The position numbers and the translations under genes were made by a program. From the IMG/VR virus record IMGVR_UViG_3300020474_000001, positions 143,656 through 207,655 of that record: a DNA stretch of 64,000 nucleotides; one strand, 5' to 3'. Position 1 is the first letter of the stretch; the number at the start of each line of letters is the position of its first letter. The notes beneath the pieces are model-generated. The model worked only from the letters and a program-made list of their open reading frames with translations. It was not told the DNA's origin and did not search any database. Positions 49,031 to 59,204 of the stretch are shown here, in pieces.

Positions 49031-49807
49031 TCAAAACAGAGATTTCTTATTTTCTATCACATAATCAATGCCATGCTTATGAACACAATAAGCAAGTTTT
49101 TCTGCTTCTTCATAAGTTAAGAACGGATCGATGACATTTTCCTGACAAAGTTTCCAAATTTCAGGACCGTTCAAATTGATAGAATACCTCACAGCATTAT
49201 CAGTTTTAATGTTCTTGTGTGCATACTCACCGAAAATCCTGAAGAACGCATCACGATTGCAGGGGAGTTGGTCAATCATCACATTATTTTCATGTTTTTT
49301 AGTCATCATAAGATCCCACACCACAATCCCCATACGAGTAAAAGATTGAAGCAATACTTTATCTCTTCGACTATGCTGGCGATTCTTCAGCATCTTTAGG
49401 CAAATTTGACGATCATTATCATTTGTTACCGGGAAACCTTCCCAATACTTCCATGCTTCAAGCGACAAATCAATCATATTTAGAGAAATGTTTCTCCTAT
49501 GTGTTGTTGGGAAAAGAGAATTAGAACGGTCAATAGTGAATGGATATTTTTTCTCCCATTCACTGAACAAAGGCACACTTGAAATATAGTAGTCAATTTC
49601 TGGATCTTCGATCTCGTATGGCGAAAGATCTACTTTGTTATTGAAGAGGCACTCCTGAAGGGAGATTCCAGTTTGATTTGCAAGTTGACGATAAATGTCA
49701 AATGCTGTAACATTTTGTTTGACAAGATCCCAATCAATCTTGGTGAATGATTTTGGTGTGGTGTCGGGTGTGGGGGCGGTGATGCTAGATTGAGTGAAGA
49801 ATGTCAC
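49031..49807 (-). CDS. Hypothetical protein, 258 aa
   Basis: Long ORF downstream of palindrome 49875 and a TAAAAT -10 box 31 nt away. Confidence 0.7.
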   Translation of the reverse strand: MTFFTQSSITAPTPDTTPKSFTKIDWDLVKQNVTAFDIYRQLANQTGISLQECLFNNKVDLSPYEIEDPEIDYYISSVPLFSEWEKKYPFTIDRSNSLFPTTHRRNISLNMIDLSLEAWKYWEGFPVTNDNDRQICLKMLKNRQHSRRDKVLLQSFTRMGIVVWDLMMTKKHENNVMIDQLPCNRDAFFRIFGEYAHKNIKTDNAVRYSINLNGPEIWKLCQENVIDPFLTYEEAEKLAYCVHKHGIDYVIENKKSLF

Positions 49808-49869
49808 TTTGTGTAATAGAAAAACTCTTACATGTAAATTTTAAGGGGGGTTCTAATTGCAGTCGAGAG

Positions 49870-50947
49870 TCACTGTGACAGTGGATCAAGTGGTTTCTTG
49901 GTCAATCTGTTCAGGAGAAACTTTTCAAACCATTCACCGTAATTCTGTTCCAAATTGTTTCTCACTTTAGTATAATCAGTCGTATAATATACTTGTTCTG
50001 TCTCTGAGTAATCCACAATATAGATATTATCCTTCATTCTAAAAATTGTCGCATATTTCTCATATACACCACGAATCGGTGTATAAACAAAATACTCAAT
50101 TTCTTCGGCTAATGATGCCGAAGGTTGCACATATTGGAATGGGATCATGAGAACATCCGCTGCATGTTAGTCTGGTCACGGATCATAATCCGCAAAAGAT
50201 CTTGATCTCTTGGAGAAACAGTGTGAAAGTTCTGTTTCATCTGACTGACACTATTCTCTAGTGCGTGTTTAATATGAACACGCTGAATTGGAGACAAACT
50301 GAGAATGAATGTTTTCTTGGTCATTAGATCACATGCGATGGGTTGTTGCGTGAGATGTGCTATGAATGATGATCAAAATACTGATCAAAGAGATGATTGT
50401 ATGGGTCATTTGTTCCCCAAAATTGTGTCAATTCCGTCACCAATACGCTCTCCAAAAGACTCTGATTGGTCCTCTGGTGCAACAACTTCAGCAGCGGAGA
50501 ATAGTAGTTTGGATAAGTAGGATCTTGAGGGTTCATGATTCCAGATGACAAATCCAAAGAACAGAGCAACAGCGAAGCGCATGTAGAATTTGATCCAAAT
50601 TGAGCGGAGATGTGAGTATGAAAGTGACGATTTTCTGCTCATAGGAGAACCTTCAAACTTTGAATCGTCTTTAATAGGATACCTTGATTCTTTGAGTTGG
50701 TCTCCCTCAATTTCTTATATCTTTCTGAAGGAGTCATTTCAATATCTTCATGTTCAAATGTATTCGTAAGGGCAACATCAAGTTGCTTGACAACATTCTC
50801 TACAATCTTAATATACTTTTGTTGCTGCCCCATTTGACAGTTCAAATCCTGAAGACCATCAATGGTATGATCCCATTGTGAATCTTCTGGTGCAAATTGT
50901 TTGACTAATTCGATTGTCTTTTCAAGATCATCGATAGACAGTTTCAT
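49870..50947 (-). CDS. Small hypothetical ORFs (49870, 50406 with a membrane segment, 50639)
   Basis: Operon-like packing. Confidence 0.55.
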
Positions 50948-51641
50948 GACTTTTGATGGGTTGTTGATTAAATTGATTAGTTTTAGAGTGATTCAACCAT
51001 CGTTCGATCTCTTCGCGGTCTATGTATCTGCTAGAAGTCGTTTTCAAAAATTTGTTTAGTTTTTCAGTATCAACTTTGTCCTGTCTATACTTCATCCAAT
51101 TACTCAGTGATGCTTTCTCGATATTCTTATTTGTCACTTCTTTTGAAAACACGGACATTTTCAAATGCGGTGTCTTGCCTCTAAGGATGCTTCCTATACT
51201 GGTGTTTTGCTGCGTATAAGTCATTAAATAATCACCAGTAAATTCAATGCGGTTGAACATCTGCTCTCTTTGTTCATCGCAAGAGATATTGCCCCTTAGT
51301 TGGTGACTATGGGTGTAAACATCTCCAGTCTGATGATTTATCAAGCAATGCACTTCTTTATTGCCCTTTTCTCTAATTAGTGGATGATGCGCCATAATCT
51401 TGATATATTTCAGACTAGGAACTTCAGCATAGAATTTAAGGTCGTTCTTACCAGTTTTGTTGATGTAATCTTCGTTCAAGATTTCAGCATATTTGTTGGC
51501 ATAATTCCAACAAATTGTAGTATTGATGAACTTAGTTTGTTCATCTTGCATTTTACAATTTAATGACATAGGATTCACCAGATTGATACAATAGTCTATT
51601 CTGATTGAGTGTAGATACAAAGTCAAGGGTGAGTGTGACAA
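50928..51641 (-). CDS. Early protein, paralog family A with C-terminal extension
   Basis: LKYIKI...VHCLINHQTGDVY...IEFTGDYL matches family A motifs. Confidence 0.65.
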   Translation of the reverse strand: MSHSPLTLYLHSIRIDYCINLVNPMSLNCKMQDEQTKFINTTICWNYANKYAEILNEDYINKTGKNDLKFYAEVPSLKYIKIMAHHPLIREKGNKEVHCLINHQTGDVYTHSHQLRGNISCDEQREQMFNRIEFTGDYLMTYTQQNTSIGSILRGKTPHLKMSVFSKEVTNKNIEKASLSNWMKYRQDKVDTEKLNKFLKTTSSRYIDREEIERWLNHSKTNQFNQQPIKSHETVYR

Positions 51642-52384
51642 TCATCCAACCGTCACCCATGAGAATAACTCAACTTCTCGTTTCTTATTAAATGGTGCAA
51701 AGAGACGTTCACTAATTCTATCTTTAGTAATGAAAATAGAAGTATAGTTTTTGATTGGTTTCCCATCTGCATAAAGAACATAAGAATCTTTGATGTGATT
51801 ATTGCGCTTTTTTATTAACCTAATTTTATGGGGAGTAGTGAGATAGCAGGAACGAAGAAATACATCTAATCTTTTTAAGTTCTGATTGCGAATCAGTAAC
51901 CATCCATGATTGTTGCTTGAAAAGTGATCTGGAACACTGGTAGACCTAATTTCAATCATATTATTTCCCACACGGGCAAGAACCTGCCCGTGCGACGACC
52001 AAATCGAACAAGAATTGGAGTGATCATATTCTATTTTATATCTACCCCTATAATGTTGAGTAGATGTTTGCTCTTCGATAGCGTTGAATATGTCATCAAT
52101 ATCATGATCACCGAGATCTTCGCAATCGATTTTGTTCCAATCAATCAATCTATGCCTCATAGCAATTTACCTTGGTTGATAGGTTGGCAGGTATACGCAT
52201 CGCCCAGGAATGTGTCTGCGATGATCAGAGTGTGTGTTCCTGATTTCAATTTGCATTTATCGACCGCATTGGGATTGAAAAAGACAAACTGACCAGTAAT
52301 ACAAACTAATGCCATCGTAATTGCCCCAAATGAAAATGGAACAAGTGAATCAATCAAATCGTCGTCGGGTAGAAAATTTTTCAT
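51642..52384 (-). CDS. Hypothetical ORFs 51642-52160 and 52157-52384 (membrane protein)
   Basis: ATGA-overlapping ORFs. Confidence 0.6.
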
Positions 52385-52419
52385 TGTGTTGGGGAAGAAG
52401 AGAGAATTTGCTATTATGA

Positions 52420-53841
52420 TCAGGCAAGAGTTTCATACACTAACTCGCCAATTTGTTGCCCCATTTCTCTACCACGAAGGTCTCCATCTTGAATATGGAT
52501 TCCACCGGGAAGTCGAGACCATCCAGCATCATCAGCAGCATCTTGAAGAGTGTCCCAGCGAAGGGTGATTGGTTCACCATTATAATCCTCAAAGACCAGA
52601 TCTTGAGTTGTATATTCTCCTACCAAATGACGCTTGCCATCACCATAGTGATCGTAACCTTTTGACACACCATCATAATACTCATCGCTGCCATAAAATT
52701 TCGACAATACTTCAGCAGCAGCACCACTAAATGTGCTGTGTCCTGATACAAACTCGGGGAAGGATGGTGTGACAAATGTAGGAGATTGATACGGTTGCCA
52801 ATCAGAACCTGTGATAGTATCAATGCCCTTGTTTGGACCTTTCCATCCTTGAATTTCATCATCAGCAAACAGTTTACGAATTGCTGTTTGTGGACGAACA
52901 CCATAACCTTTTTCGCCCCAGTGATACTTACTATCCCATGCTGCAATGCCAGCATCCATCAATGCAGCATTAAGTAGGAAAGTTGACTTCACATCATCTT
53001 TCAAATCGTTGCCGTATTTGAGACAAAGGTCCATATTGATCTCATTCCAATGCCCAGGAGGTGTGCTTGACATAGGGCCATCCGCCCAGTATTCTGCGGT
53101 TGTTTTATCAAATGGAGTCATATTTGCCTGAACATCAACAACTTCCTGGAATTGCTTTACGAAAGCATTATGTTCCGTAGAAACATTTCCCAAAGCATCA
53201 ACATACATGTCGTCACTTCCATACCTAGGTGGTGCTGGAGCACGGAATTGATCACCACTTTCCATTACTGCGGGACGAACATACATGTGCCCAGGTGATA
53301 GAGCACCAGGAACGTAGTAGGATTCTTCATTTTCAGTTGCGATGGGCGTGCCAATGTCGTTCACCACAACTCCCGTGGGCACTTTTGGCGGTTGCCAGGC
53401 GTTAATATCACCCGAATCTGAAGGATAAAACTCTATACTGTTATCAATTCCATCATTTTTACGGGATCTATGTGCCATTTTCGCTACTTTGCGACCCAAC
53501 TTGTATTCTTTTCTGGTAAGATCGGGCGCAATTTCTTTTAATTGATCGTCCAGAAACTCCTTCTGATCAGGATACAAGCGCTTGAGCATGAAAATACCAG
53601 CAGCAGCAACGATGTCGCTCTGGTCATGTTTCTGAAACTTTCGTGCTCTGTAGGATCTTGCGAATCCTTCTTCCTTCTTATCGAACGCCGCCAAAGCGTC
53701 GTTCATTGCCATGCTGGTTAGGAACAGCGATCGAGAAATAGTCGTTGGTGCCGGGGGGTTCTTTCTGATTTGCTGGAGTTGCAAGTCAATGACTTGCATT
53801 GCGACAGATGGTTGTTGACCAGTGATTGGATCGATAGACAT
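52420..53841 (-). CDS. Vanadium-dependent haloperoxidase / PAP2-superfamily enzyme (start probably MSIDP at 53841)
   Basis: Active-site motifs WDSKY...VRP, PSFPEFVSGHSTFS and SRLPGGIH, plus TPPGHW. The GTG at 53982 leaves no room for the divergent promoter. Confidence 0.85.
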   Translation of the reverse strand: MSIDPITGQQPSVAMQVIDLQLQQIRKNPPAPTTISRSLFLTSMAMNDALAAFDKKEEGFARSYRARKFQKHDQSDIVAAAGIFMLKRLYPDQKEFLDDQLKEIAPDLTRKEYKLGRKVAKMAHRSRKNDGIDNSIEFYPSDSGDINAWQPPKVPTGVVVNDIGTPIATENEESYYVPGALSPGHMYVRPAVMESGDQFRAPAPPRYGSDDMYVDALGNVSTEHNAFVKQFQEVVDVQANMTPFDKTTAEYWADGPMSSTPPGHWNEINMDLCLKYGNDLKDDVKSTFLLNAALMDAGIAAWDSKYHWGEKGYGVRPQTAIRKLFADDEIQGWKGPNKGIDTITGSDWQPYQSPTFVTPSFPEFVSGHSTFSGAAAEVLSKFYGSDEYYDGVSKGYDHYGDGKRHLVGEYTTQDLVFEDYNGEPITLRWDTLQDAADDAGWSRLPGGIHIQDGDLRGREMGQQIGELVYETLA

Positions 53842-53997
53842 AACAAATGGTATAGAAAGGTCTGGGGAACTTGCCCCACCACAAGTATGCCTGTGTATAG
53901 ACCGATATGGATAATTGTGGTCCAGTTCATGAGCTGTCCACTGCACCTTGACACTCGATGCTTTCCGTCCCAAGATCGCCACATCACATTCTTTACA

Positions 53998-54156
53998 ATG
54001 AACGAACGAAAGCGCAGGATTTCAATAACACTAAGTCCAAAGGAGCATGATGCTGCTAAGCAATACTGTCGCGATAATTGCCTTACTTTTTCATCGATGA
54101 TTTCTCGTCTATTGTCTATGGTAGAAAAGGGACAAATAGAGATTTTTAAGCAATAA
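53998..54156 (+). CDS. Ribbon-helix-helix (CopG/Arc-like) DNA-binding protein, 52 aa
   Basis: MNERKRRISITLSPKEHDAAKQYCRDNCLTFSSMISRLL: alternating beta strand then two helices. TTGACA-17-CAAGAT promoter at about 53948-53976. Confidence 0.7.
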   Translation: MNERKRRISITLSPKEHDAAKQYCRDNCLTFSSMISRLLSMVEKGQIEIFKQ

Positions 54157-54190
54157 AAAACGAAGGGATGCTTGCAAACATACCTTCGTT
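54156..54190. terminator. Inverted-repeat terminator (U-tract on minus strand)
   Basis: AACGAAGG.ATG-loop-CAT.CCTTCGTT preceded by an A6 run on the plus strand. Confidence 0.7.
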
Positions 54191-54423
54191 AAGTGATCGA
54201 CCGATTCAGTGTGTCAGTGTGTCTGGTAATTTGTTTGTTCAAACTTCTCACTCACTATACACAACATAATTTTACTATGTGTAATTTTCAGCAACACCAG
54301 ACATAAGCATTAGAGGGTAGTTACTTATACCGATGTGCCGATTACTAAACTGTCTGGATGGGGTTCACTGTGGACCGTCAGTTGCTATTCTTAATTTGTA
54401 GAAGAGAGATACCTAAATTCAGA

Positions 54424-55427
54424 TCAAGCAGAATATCGATCTGGTGTAGACAGATCCTCGACATATTTACTAACGACCTTTTCGCTCCCTTCCAACTTAA
54501 ATGCTCTGGCAAAATCAATCTGATGTGGATTAAAATCGTCCAATGCTTCAATCTCTAATGTGATTCGATACTTACTTTTTTGTGAACGACGATAAGTAGA
54601 TGATGGCATAAGTGGCAAATGGTGGTTGTTACTTTTCTATTATAGAATGTGATTTAGAATTAGTCAATTCTGATGATATTTATTATCGAATTATGTCATC
54701 GAAGATAAACATAAAAACGGGAGACCAAGATGATCTCCCATATCTAAGATATTTACATTTGATCCATCATTTCTAAGTGAACATCTTTAGCACCTTGAAT
54801 GATATTTACGCACTTACTTAAGCAGTGCAATACAATTTTAGTTTGTGATTTGTCCCAAATGACAAATTCTGAAAATAAGATTTTTAGAATTTCTGTTGCT
54901 TCAATCGTGTAATCTTCGTCCGATTGCATACACCAGTTAATCACATCCTTTTGAGGAAGAGAAAATTTGAAACTATAAAAGTTGCGACTGTAAACTTTTG
55001 TTTCAGAAATGATTGGGAATGATTCTGGAGTCGCAGTGGTCATGGTCCGACCTTTATGATTGCTTTTGAAGGATAGGCAAAAATACTCCACAGCGCAACC
55101 CATTGTCTTCATGTCAAGGTTGATTTTTGTATCATCTGTAGCAAAGATAAAGAGAATCTAATCTAAATCTGTATCCCAGTATTCCATCCCAACAATATCC
55201 CGATAGATTTCTTCCACATTGTTTCCCTTCCAATTAACAATTTCATCACGTTGTTGTATGAGATACTCTAATGTCTGATCAATTTCTATAATTTGTGACT
55301 GCAATGTCTCTTTTCTAAGTTTTAATTCAAGAATTGATTTATCGTAGTCTAGTTGTGACAAAGGCGAACCTCCTTTGTTATTATCTCCTGACATACTATT
55401 TATGTCATTGTGCTCTTTGTTACTCAT
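54424..55427 (-). CDS. Small hypothetical ORFs (54424 KYRITLEIEALDDFNPHQID, 54753, 55158)
   Basis: Clean minus-strand ORFs. Confidence 0.6.
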
Positions 55428-55831
55428 TTTAGAAGTGATGATTGAAACTTACCAGAGGTATAATCATAGACACTGTGTGATACCCAACCGTGATTTGGAG
55501 TATAGATGTAAACATACTCTGCAAAACAGTTGTCACATTGCTTGAACAATTCGTCTGTGGTTGATGAAAATTGAGGAGGACAATCCTCACCACGCTCAGA
55601 ATAATAGAGAGGGCGATTTTTTGGTAGTTTCTTCATTGCCCAATCTGTATCTGACCAGCAAGATGACATATCTCCACCATCAATTAGGTCAGATGCTAAC
55701 TTACGAGAGTCAAAGTGTTGTCCGAGAGTCTTACCCAACCAGGAAGGATAACCATCCCAATGATGATAAACAGATAGATAATTTCCAGGTTCGTCTGAAA
55801 GTTGGATTGCGATGATTGCGGGTGTAGACAT
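55424..55831 (-). CDS. Hypothetical protein with YHHWDGYP motif
   Basis: 135-aa ORF; motif recalled from cyanophage conserved hypotheticals. Confidence 0.75.
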   Translation of the reverse strand: MSTPAIIAIQLSDEPGNYLSVYHHWDGYPSWLGKTLGQHFDSRKLASDLIDGGDMSSCWSDTDWAMKKLPKNRPLYYSERGEDCPPQFSSTTDELFKQCDNCFAEYVYIYTPNHGWVSHSVYDYTSGKFQSSLLK

Positions 55832-55870
55832 TGGGATGAAGAATAATTTTTGATTGAATGGACTAGTTGA

Positions 55871-56782
55871 TCATCTATAACCTCCTTTGAGAAAATTGCT
55901 TCTGGAAAATGATTCTCGATCAACGAGTTTAATTGACCCATGCTTCGATGTCAATACATAACCTTCATGAAATGAAAGTTCTCCATCTATGTAACAATCA
56001 GGATCTGATACATGCTCTGGTTCAGCAATAAACATGAACAGATCTATCTTCATTGATAATACCAGCTTCCACAATCTGATGAGGTTGATGTCAACATCCA
56101 AATCTTTAGCAGTTTCGTCGTCCTTCATGGTATTCAGTGCGCCCCCCCTGATCCTAGAATTGATGTATTTTCGGATCTTTGCTGCCCCCTTCGAGTCCTC
56201 AAACTTACATAAGGTGGACATTTGCCTCGCAAAGTTGCAAATAGGTTCAAAATCCTCCCGATATGAATGAATTGAGCACTCTGGTTGAATAAATCTACAT
56301 GAATTTGTATGATTTAACTTTGATTGCAGGGGTGATGCCACCGCCCCTCGAAGCGTCGTTTCGCTCTTATACTGTGTGTGGGGGGCGACAATAACATTCT
56401 CGTGTAATACCTGGGGGAATACATATTCAATCGTATTCGGTTGATAACGATTAGATCCACCAAATCCAATAAAATCTCCTTGAATGATACTATCAGTTCT
56501 CGGAAGATTATCAAACAATGAGTGGAGAATCGTAGCAACCTCTCCAGAGTGATTCAAATCAATGTCATCATGACTATGATTGATCTTGATTTTTACTTTA
56601 TTGAAAACAGATTTAGTGCCAACAAAGAATTTACCCGCAGCAGGATCTGTCCCCCAAACTATTGCTGGGGAACCATCAATCTTGCAACTAATAATAGCGT
56701 CAGGATCAGTGAAAATGTTGAGAGCACTAAGGTCTCCTTCGAGGACCAGATCCTCGGGATGATGCAGATGCTTATTTTGCAT
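55871..56782 (-). CDS. Covalent nucleotidyltransferase / RNA-ligase-like protein (DUF6267-like)
   Basis: Motif I KIDG, QGDF, motif IV HEGYV and motif V KLVDR. Confidence 0.6.
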   Translation of the reverse strand: MQNKHLHHPEDLVLEGDLSALNIFTDPDAIISCKIDGSPAIVWGTDPAAGKFFVGTKSVFNKVKIKINHSHDDIDLNHSGEVATILHSLFDNLPRTDSIIQGDFIGFGGSNRYQPNTIEYVFPQVLHENVIVAPHTQYKSETTLRGAVASPLQSKLNHTNSCRFIQPECSIHSYREDFEPICNFARQMSTLCKFEDSKGAAKIRKYINSRIRGGALNTMKDDETAKDLDVDINLIRLWKLVLSMKIDLFMFIAEPEHVSDPDCYIDGELSFHEGYVLTSKHGSIKLVDRESFSRSNFLKGGYR

Positions 56783-56920
56783 TGTTAAGACATACTACAA
56801 ATGGATGATGAATACTCAGAGTAAACACTTTGAATGTAGTATGCTTCCTCAATAAGAATCAGCAACCACGATGATGCAATCACTAAACGAAGTCCAGTGA
56901 AAACGAAAAGAATCGGCACT

Positions 56921-57196
56921 TCAATCTCCAACATACAGAAGCATGTTATCTGCTCCGAGTTTCTTACATCCAGATCCAGTGAATCCGATGCTTCTGACTG
57001 ATCGAAACTCCTCACCATTTGGCGTAGCAAAACTCACCCCATCACGAATGTATTGGTCTTCAATGCTTTTGTCGCAAATAATGACTGGTTTGTCCAAACA
57101 ATCATCTGGAATTTCATCCAGAATTGCTCTCAGTTCCCGATAAGTTCCCAGATCAAAATCTGTGTGGGGAACAATGAATCGCTCATTCATTGTCAT
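56921..57196 (-). CDS. Hypothetical protein
   Basis: ATGA-coupled to the helicase stop. Confidence 0.65.
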   Translation of the reverse strand: MTMNERFIVPHTDFDLGTYRELRAILDEIPDDCLDKPVIICDKSIEDQYIRDGVSFATPNGEEFRSVRSIGFTGSGCKKLGADNMLLYVGD

Positions 57197-58383
57197 TTTT
57201 GTCCGATTGTTCGAGTGAGAGATTGACCTTGGTTGATAGAATCAATCACTGAGGATAAATTCCTAGTGGTTTTGATTCCGACCGTATCGTAGGCACATAC
57301 GGAGATCGTGCCAGCAGATTTAAGAATCACATTATGATTATCAATTCGCAATACTCTACCGATAGATTGTGTCGCTGCTGTAACATTTGGCGAGCGTAGG
57401 AAGATTACTGATTCGAGCGAAGGTATATTGATCCCCTCAGTTAATATATTGTAATGAAGTATTATGAAGCGGCATGTCCCGTTGTCCCCCCATTCTTTTA
57501 ACACTTCAAAGAACTGATCTCGACTAACATGCACATCATTGACGATTGCACCATGTTTTGATGTAATCGAGCACCAATTAAATCCTCTGGATTTTAATTC
57601 CTGGCGGAGATTGGTATTATAAAGCATCTCCATCATCTGTTTTGTGCTCCTGGCACACACTAGAACCTTGGATTTGCCATCATTATCAATAGTTTTGACC
57701 AGATTTTCTGCTTCTATTTCACGATTAAGGTCACTCTTTTTGACCTTAGGGAATGAGCTGACAGACAATTCTGGTGGTAAAATATATCCAGAGTCAATAA
57801 GTTTTTTTGTAACAACTCTATACAAGACATTTCCATACACTTCAATGTCATTCATGCCAGGTAAGTGAGTAACATTAGAGTGGGTAGGAGTAGCAGTGAA
57901 GAAATAACAGCGGTCGCTATTATCAGCAGCAAAGTGCTCCGTGCTAGGGAAAAAGTTTCTCTTAATACTATGGTGTGCTTCATCAAAATAGATTGTATCT
58001 GCATGAATACCTGCCTCCCGAAGTTTCTTAAGAGAGTGATAGGTTGTAAAAAAGATTTGATGATGATATGCTTGATCTGACCACCTGCGAATGTAGTTTG
58101 CATTTGTAGAACTCATGTGGTTGATTTGACCACTATGCACATGCAGCACAGCAGCATTTATTTCATGTTCAATGAACTCTTCGCATAATTGTTGTGCAAG
58201 AAGAATTCTTGGTGCAACAACAATATGCTTACCTGGAGTATCACCAAGAGAAGCAAATCTGTCGATGCAATCTTGCACCATACAAATGGTCTTACCTGAA
58301 CCTGTAGGCATGATAATCTGCCCATGATGATGAGATTTCATTGCGTCACATGCTTGACGCTGATATGGACGTAGATCAATCAT
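57193..58383 (-). CDS. SF2 DEAH-box helicase (ResIII/UvsW-like)
   Basis: MPTGSGKT, FDEAHH, FTAT, LTEGINIP and QSIGRVLR motifs. Confidence 0.92.
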   Translation of the reverse strand: MIDLRPYQRQACDAMKSHHHGQIIMPTGSGKTICMVQDCIDRFASLGDTPGKHIVVAPRILLAQQLCEEFIEHEINAAVLHVHSGQINHMSSTNANYIRRWSDQAYHHQIFFTTYHSLKKLREAGIHADTIYFDEAHHSIKRNFFPSTEHFAADNSDRCYFFTATPTHSNVTHLPGMNDIEVYGNVLYRVVTKKLIDSGYILPPELSVSSFPKVKKSDLNREIEAENLVKTIDNDGKSKVLVCARSTKQMMEMLYNTNLRQELKSRGFNWCSITSKHGAIVNDVHVSRDQFFEVLKEWGDNGTCRFIILHYNILTEGINIPSLESVIFLRSPNVTAATQSIGRVLRIDNHNVILKSAGTISVCAYDTVGIKTTRNLSSVIDSINQGQSLTRTIGQK

Positions 58384-58494
58384 GCCGCTGAAGGTGACTT
58401 TGAAGGTAAATTATTTTGCTAATAATGACACCGAAGGTGACAATGAAGATTATTATGTGTCTGAAGATGACGCTGAAGGTGACTCAAAGATCAA
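58382..58494 (+). repeat. Three 42-43-bp-period units, each with paired GAAGGTGA-like boxes
   Basis: Boxes at 58390/58402, 58433/58445 and 58475/58487. Confidence 0.85.
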
Positions 58495-58735
58495 CACATG
58501 CACCCCGACGCATTTGTTGATAACTGCGACAATTACCAGGTCCACCGATAAAGCAATGCTTACCGTAGTAATAAGCAGCACAATTTCTTTCTCTCAACCC
58601 AAAGATTCGCGCCATTTCTTTCAGTGAAACTTCACCATTTGCACGGCGATACTCATTGAGTTGTTGAGTAATCTTTTTCGCAGCAGATGTGAAGCGAATG
58701 GAATTGCTAGAGTGAACCGTGATTTTACGAATCAT
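58484..58735 (-). CDS. Hypothetical protein with an HTH-like segment
   Basis: VSLKEMARIFGLRERNCAAYY resembles a helix-turn-helix. Confidence 0.55.
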   Translation of the reverse strand: MIRKITVHSSNSIRFTSAAKKITQQLNEYRRANGEVSLKEMARIFGLRERNCAAYYYGKHCFIGGPGNCRSYQQMRRGACVDL

Positions 58736-58842
58736 GATGAAGTTTGATTAACCTTTGTTCAGAGTGTAAATCTCGTGAACATGCAAAACATACTCACGAG
58801 ACAGTTGAGACGCAACGTGCGAAAGGTGAAGCAAATCAGGAA

Positions 58843-59198
58843 TTATTCTTCCTGCTCTACTTCTTTTTCCTTCACAATTCTCGGTCCTTTGAAAACTCGA
58901 TCGTTTTCATAGAAACTTGCCACTCTTTCTCTCCGTGCCTGCAAAAGCATTTCATACTGCTCTTTTTGCTCTTTGGTGTATCTGAAATCTTGATCTTTCC
59001 AGATTTTCCTCAGATCTTGCAGATGATGCAGGACATTTAATGTTTCTTCCATAGTCAGTAATCAAAGTCAGAGTGGATGTATTTTTGAAGATCAAATTTT
59101 TCTCCCTCTTCAATTAGGTCGAAAATTGTTTGATCTTCCATCATGTCGAAACTGATAAGTTCTTCGACTTGATCTTCTGTAAGAAAATTTCCGGACAT
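58843..59198 (-). CDS. Two small ORFs: 58843-59052 and a 47-aa acidic ORF 59055-59198 (not in track)
   Basis: The second reads MSGNFLTEDQVEELISFDMMEDQTIFDLIEEGEKFDLQKYIHSDFDY. Confidence 0.6.
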
Positions 59199-59204
59199 AA
59201 AATC

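Noticed and set aside
53842-53982. GTG start extending the haloperoxidase to 520 aa
   Set aside because: It would leave 15 bp to the divergent RHH start and overlap its promoter. The ATG at 53841 is more plausible.
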